Positions 60,358 through 64,000 of a stretch of DNA of 64,000 bases are shown here, piece by piece. Source of the DNA: Candidatus Latescibacterota bacterium (GTDB lineage: Bacteria > Latescibacterota > UBA2968 > GCA-2709665). Location of the stretch: NCBI GenBank assembly GCA_965237675.1, contig OZ250150.1:1344001-1408000 (forward strand), written 5' to 3'. Position 1 is the stretch's first letter, and the number at the start of each line of letters is the position of its first letter. A program made the position numbers and the translations under genes. The notes beneath the pieces were generated by a model. The model was not told where the DNA came from. It did not search any database and saw only the letters and a list, made by a program, of their open reading frames with translations.

Positions 60358-60685
60358 CTGAAAGACACGCTGTTTGACCAGGTCCACCGTCGCATGATCG
60401 ACATAACTTGGATGCCGACGGTCGGTTAACGCCGCTACGATGCCACACAAAATGCCGATTTTGGACTCCACCTCACGAAGCAACAACGCCCCACTGTCGC
60501 TGGTCAGGATGCCCCATCGAAGGCGGCTTCCAGCCTTTTGCCAAAAAGACTTGCGAAATGGATTCTTTGATGATTGTCTTGAGCTCCCACGGTAATTTCC
60601 TCCAAGTTCATTGTTATCGATTATTTGTGTAACCAGTATACAATGACTTGGGTTAGGAAATTACCTCTTTTGTGAATTAACCAGG
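60346..60685 (-). mobile_element. IS1380-family 5' remnant (left end plus frameshifted transposase N-terminus)
   Basis: Likely end CCTGGTTAATTCACAAAA at 60685; GTG start at 60590; AFDG/GILTSDSGALLLREVE...DRRHPSYVDH...QRVFQIACG with a 1-bp deletion near 60513; inverted repeat 60591-60665 covering the RBS. Confidence 0.8.
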
Positions 60686-61566
60686 CTTGAGGTGTCCAGT
60701 CTGTTGAGTTGTCTGCCAAGTCGCTTTGCCAGCGCAGGGAACTCGCTGCCGAATAGGATATAGCCTTTCCGAGTTACTGACTGCCCCGGTGCAATATCAC
60801 CAAAAAGAGGTCTGCTATGCAGACAATGATGCCCGTCAGCGTTCTGAAAAGCCGAAGTTGCACACTCATATCCGAGCGCTATTGCCTTAGACCTATCATG
60901 AGAAACGGCACCCAGGATGGCCGGACGATCTATGGCCGTGTTGCTTCTTCCCCAGAACCATGCTGACCTGTTGACCCATTCTTTTTCGTATTCCATAAGA
61001 TCTGCCTGATACATGGTCCGAATATCCATAGTTCTGTGAAGATCGCCCATGCTCTCCGGCTTACCTTTCACCAGGATGTAGGATCGTTTGACTTCATTTT
61101 GATCCAGGAAATCAGATGACTTTGCCTGGAGACATCCACCATCAGAAACGACGTCATAAAATCCTGCGGATGACTGATTCGTGAGGGTCAACGTCAATTC
61201 TACTCTGTCCTCGAGTCCGGACAACGCTGCTTGGAGAATAAGACCTGTTATGAAGTTGTGTCGAATGACCTTCCCTGAGGGATCCTTTTGACGGTACGCC
61301 AACTGCTCTTTGATGTACTCAGGAGTTGTTTGCCATTCGTATGCCCACGCATTGTCTCCTGTCTTGGTCCATTGAGGGCAGATCTTCTGCCACATCATCG
61401 TCACGCCATTCATCGACGTGATGACTTCTGGAAACTGGAGGGACCACTTCAGATCCCAGTCCAGGTGATGAATATCAACGAATCGCGTTTTGGTAGGCCG
61501 TACTCGTATCACTTTTCTCTTCCCTTCTGCATGAACCACGACAAAATGTCGTAGATCTCCGCTCAT
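60661..61566 (-). CDS. Hypothetical protein (start uncertain; last residues derive from the IS1380 end)
   Basis: Long lower-GC ORF with protein-like composition; no family recognised. Confidence 0.55.
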   Translation of the reverse strand: MSGDLRHFVVVHAEGKRKVIRVRPTKTRFVDIHHLDWDLKWSLQFPEVITSMNGVTMMWQKICPQWTKTGDNAWAYEWQTTPEYIKEQLAYRQKDPSGKVIRHNFITGLILQAALSGLEDRVELTLTLTNQSSAGFYDVVSDGGCLQAKSSDFLDQNEVKRSYILVKGKPESMGDLHRTMDIRTMYQADLMEYEKEWVNRSAWFWGRSNTAIDRPAILGAVSHDRSKAIALGYECATSAFQNADGHHCLHSRPLFGDIAPGQSVTRKGYILFGSEFPALAKRLGRQLNRLDTSSLVNSQKR

Positions 61567-61759
61567 TCTGGAGTACACCAACTCTACGACTCGCTCATCA
61601 TCCCTGGGCTGCCGTGCTGCAAACGTTCCCGCGGTGCGCGAACTACCAAAGGCAGTTGCGCGAAGGGCCGAATGGTCTGAGCCGAACACGGTCGTGTTAC
61701 ACGTTGCCGTGGCCGGGTGGACGCGACACGACCTCGATAGCCAGAAGGTCGTCAATCTG

Positions 61760-62040
61760 GTCGGCATTCAGACGTTCGTTAAGTTCCCAGAGTGCGATTC
61801 GGTTGCTTTCCCATGTGTGAGTAGCCTTATGGCTTCCCCAAAAGACAACCAGCTCACTTTGTCATGTTCATGGGACAAATCAAGTTCCTGACCGCGTACA
61901 TCAACCGCAAACGAGTATTCCGGCACGACAAAGATGTCCCTGGGCCAGTGTTCTGTTGGTGAGAACGCCGTCCTGGGGACGGATGCACGAGAATCCAGCC
62001 GGAAGAAACGTGCCCCCTGTGGAATGCCTCCCTCCTCGTC
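61760..62040 (-). pseudogene. NUDIX hydrolase C-terminal fragment (truncated, frameshifted)
   Basis: Minus-strand translation EEGGI...LDSRAS...VVPEYSFAV...LSHEHDKVSWLSFGEAIRLLT / WESNRIALWELNERL, with a 2-nt insertion in a CACACA run. Confidence 0.65.
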
Positions 62041-62282
62041 AGGACGTTCCCTAGTGAGACGAGCTGCGTTCCAAGCTCAAAGAAGCGCCCGACCGACCAG
62101 GGATCCGGTACCATGACCATGTGGATGTCCAAGTCAGGCCATACCATCGTGTTCATTTCGTAGCTACCCCGGTACCAGACATCTCCGAAAGAGCTTAGGA
62201 CTCTACCAAGTCCGTAATCGGAGATTAGGACATTCGCCTCTGCTTTTAAGTTTTCCGCTACCTTGAGCGGCTCATCTGCCAT
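62041..62282 (-). pseudogene. Nucleotidyltransferase-like N-terminal fragment
   Basis: GSYEMNTMVWPDLDI fits the pol-beta GS...DxD motif; the frame runs into the NUDIX remnant near 62040. Confidence 0.5.
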
Positions 62283-62340
62283 TGACCGTGTCCTTGAGTG
62301 TCTACCAAGGGTCAGGTGGTGATGTCGGGTTCTGCTGGCG

Positions 62341-62430
62341 TGTAACGTGCTCACTATTTACGACCCCGCGTATGCGGGGTGCCGGATGGCCAAGGGGCGT
62401 ATGCCCCGCAGCGTAAATGGGGTGTTATCG
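62341..62430 (-). other. attC-like integron cassette recombination site
   Basis: Minus strand reads CGATAAC-ACCCC-ATTTACG...CGTAAAT-AGTGAGCAC-GTTACAC: TAAC/GTTA core boxes, a paired inner box and a central palindrome. Confidence 0.55.
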
Positions 62431-62588
62431 GTAGTAGATTATAGACTTGGTGCTTACCGTTTTCTTGAGTGGATGAATAACGCCGTCGGTAATCCTTTTG
62501 CCAGGGCGTCAGCGGGGGCGACTGGGTGGGCAGCCCGACGCTTTTGAATTTCCTATACTTTTCTCGCGATATAGATCGCCAAAGGTCA

Positions 62589-64000
62589 TCAGGGGCTCGG
62601 TTGCGCCGCCTCGCGCTCCGGCCGCCGTATATTGGGTCCCGCTTTGGTGTTGACGAAGCGCCGCTCGCGAATGGGGTTGCGCCAGCTGCGCACGCCGTGC
62701 GTCGTCGTGCCCGTGTACATGATCACCGTCCCGGCAACCCCGTGCATATGCTTGACCTGCGGCAGGTCGCAGCTGGTTTGCTTCGGGCGCGGCAGCGGTA
62801 GCCGCGCTTTGTGGCTTCCGGGGACTAACATCAGTCCGCCGTCGCCCGTCGCCGTCTCGACGTCTTGGAGCAGCCAGCCGATGTTCACCTGCTCCGTACG
62901 AGGCTGTCCGTCCCGGAAATGATAGGTAGGGCCGGCGCCGTAAAACCAGCCGCCATGCAGGGGCTGGCCGGCCGCCCCGTCGCGGCTGACGATGGTGTAG
63001 CACGTCGTCATGACGAAGCCCGGGTCGATCATCCACTTCAGCCGCGCGTTCACGAGCGGATTGTCGATCATGCGTCGAAAGCCGTCGCTGAAGGGTGGGG
63101 GATGGGTCCAGGTCTGCGAGATGCGCTCTTCGGTGCAGCGCGTGCCCGGGGCCGGGGCAATAGTCTGCGAACAGCCCTCGTAGTCCGGGTACTCGCCCAC
63201 GACACTGCTCGAAAAGCCCACCGGCCGACGGTTGGCTTCGGCGAAGTGCGAGTCGAGCGCTGCATTGCACTGCGCTAACCACTCGCGGTCCATCACGCCA
63301 GGCAGCACCAGGTAGCCTCTTAGGTCCCAGAACCAGACCTCCTCGTGGTTCGGAGCGTCAGGCCGCGTGTTGACGCCCAGCAGCGACGGCGCCAGCTGCT
63401 GCTCGTTGCTGAGGGGCTGGCCGTCGTGGCCGAGGCCGCGTGGTGGGCCGGCCACAAGCGCTCGGCGCGCCGGCGTGAGCTCATCCAGCCAGCTGTCCAC
63501 ACCCGTCGCGCCGTGGCCGAAGGCCCCCCCAGGGTAGCGGGAGTCGTCGCAAAAGATGCACTCCTGCAGCGAGGAGCCTGGGGCGGCGCCGACCAGCGTG
63601 GTGGCAACCGCGAGCAGACAGTCGCCAGCGCGGAGCTGCACGCACTCCGTCGCCCCGAGCTCCTCGGCGCGCGCCATGCTCGGGGGCGGCTGGACGTTGG
63701 CTTTGTGCGACGCGGGGCACACCACCACGCAGCTGTCGCCCACGGCCCACAGCGCGCGCAGCCCCCAGACGCACACCCGGTCGGGCCGGCTGGTCGTGTC
63801 GTAGCCCAGCCGGCGCTGCTCATCCACCGTCAGATCATTGGCCCACTGCCCCTCTTTGGTCAGGCGGCGCGACGGCCGGTCCAGCTCAAACTTGATCGTG
63901 TGGAACTCCTGTTCCTTCCCTTCAGTACCGTCGTACGCAGCGCGGTGCCACAGTGGTAACTCCCCGCCAGCTAGCTGATCAATCGCAGCCAGCAAGTCCG
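62589..64000 (-). CDS. Tandem-domain PhyH-family protein, very GC-rich, 5'-truncated by the window edge
   Basis: FWDLRGYLVLPGVM, PLHGG, GGLMLVPGSHKA and THG motifs; homologous to 28475-30229. Confidence 0.8.
   Translation of the reverse strand, partial: DLLAAIDQLAGGELPLWHRAAYDGTEGKEQEFHTIKFELDRPSRRLTKEGQWANDLTVDEQRRLGYDTTSRPDRVCVWGLRALWAVGDSCVVVCPASHKANVQPPPSMARAEELGATECVQLRAGDCLLAVATTLVGAAPGSSLQECIFCDDSRYPGGAFGHGATGVDSWLDELTPARRALVAGPPRGLGHDGQPLSNEQQLAPSLLGVNTRPDAPNHEEVWFWDLRGYLVLPGVMDREWLAQCNAALDSHFAEANRRPVGFSSSVVGEYPDYEGCSQTIAPAPGTRCTEERISQTWTHPPPFSDGFRRMIDNPLVNARLKWMIDPGFVMTTCYTIVSRDGAAGQPLHGGWFYGAGPTYHFRDGQPRTEQVNIGWLLQDVETATGDGGLMLVPGSHKARLPLPRPKQTSCDLPQVKHMHGVAGTVIMYTGTTTHGVRSWRNPIRERRFVNTKAGPNIRRPEREAAQPSP

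Noticed and set aside
1-64000. tRNA, rRNA, group II intron, retron or prophage genes
   Set aside because: No cloverleaf/T-loop pattern, RT motifs or phage structural genes were recognised; manual inspection could miss a degenerate RNA.

Overview
A 64-kb bacterial window, roughly 55-65% GC by eye. Gene content suggests a Latescibacterota/Gemmatimonadota/Poribacteria-like organism (inference only). 1-25.8 kb holds at least six MacB/FtsX-type duplicated ABC permeases; two of them are split by two different IS630 elements, each inserted at CTAG. The same region has a BNR-4 protein, an MFS transporter, two near-identical sigma54 enhancer/promoter modules, an ECF sigma factor, a MacA/HlyD adaptor, a four-helix-bundle (23S-IVS/bAvd-like) gene and one ABC ATPase. 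26-42 kb is a catabolic block: three Gfo/Idh/MocA oxidoreductases, a tandem PhyH with an in-frame TGA, a class IV aminotransferase, an enolase-superfamily enzyme, a Zn-ADH, a Kelch protein and a heparinase II/III-like protein. 42.5-46.3 kb encodes an SDR, a divergent QueA-like protein, a Cys-GAF (AirS/YhcY-like) kinase and a NarL-type regulator. 46.4-50.3 kb is mcrBC with a frameshifted mcrB. 50.8-58.6 kb is a cobalamin-riboswitch-controlled uptake operon. 58.7-64 kb is a decayed variable region with a DUF2188 + NDT/TIR-like pair, an IS1380 remnant fused to a methyltransferase, NUDIX and NTase fragments, an attC-like site and a very GC-rich PhyH. The most unusual signal is intergenic: cassettes bounded by inverted 7-bp-period arrays. 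One carries the intact four-helix-bundle gene, two carry in-frame internally deleted versions of it, and one sits inside another structured repeat and itself carries a MITE. The arrays repeatedly start at an upstream stop codon and end at the downstream RBS. No rRNA, tRNA, CRISPR array or reverse transcriptase was seen. All comparisons were made by eye and no database searches were run.
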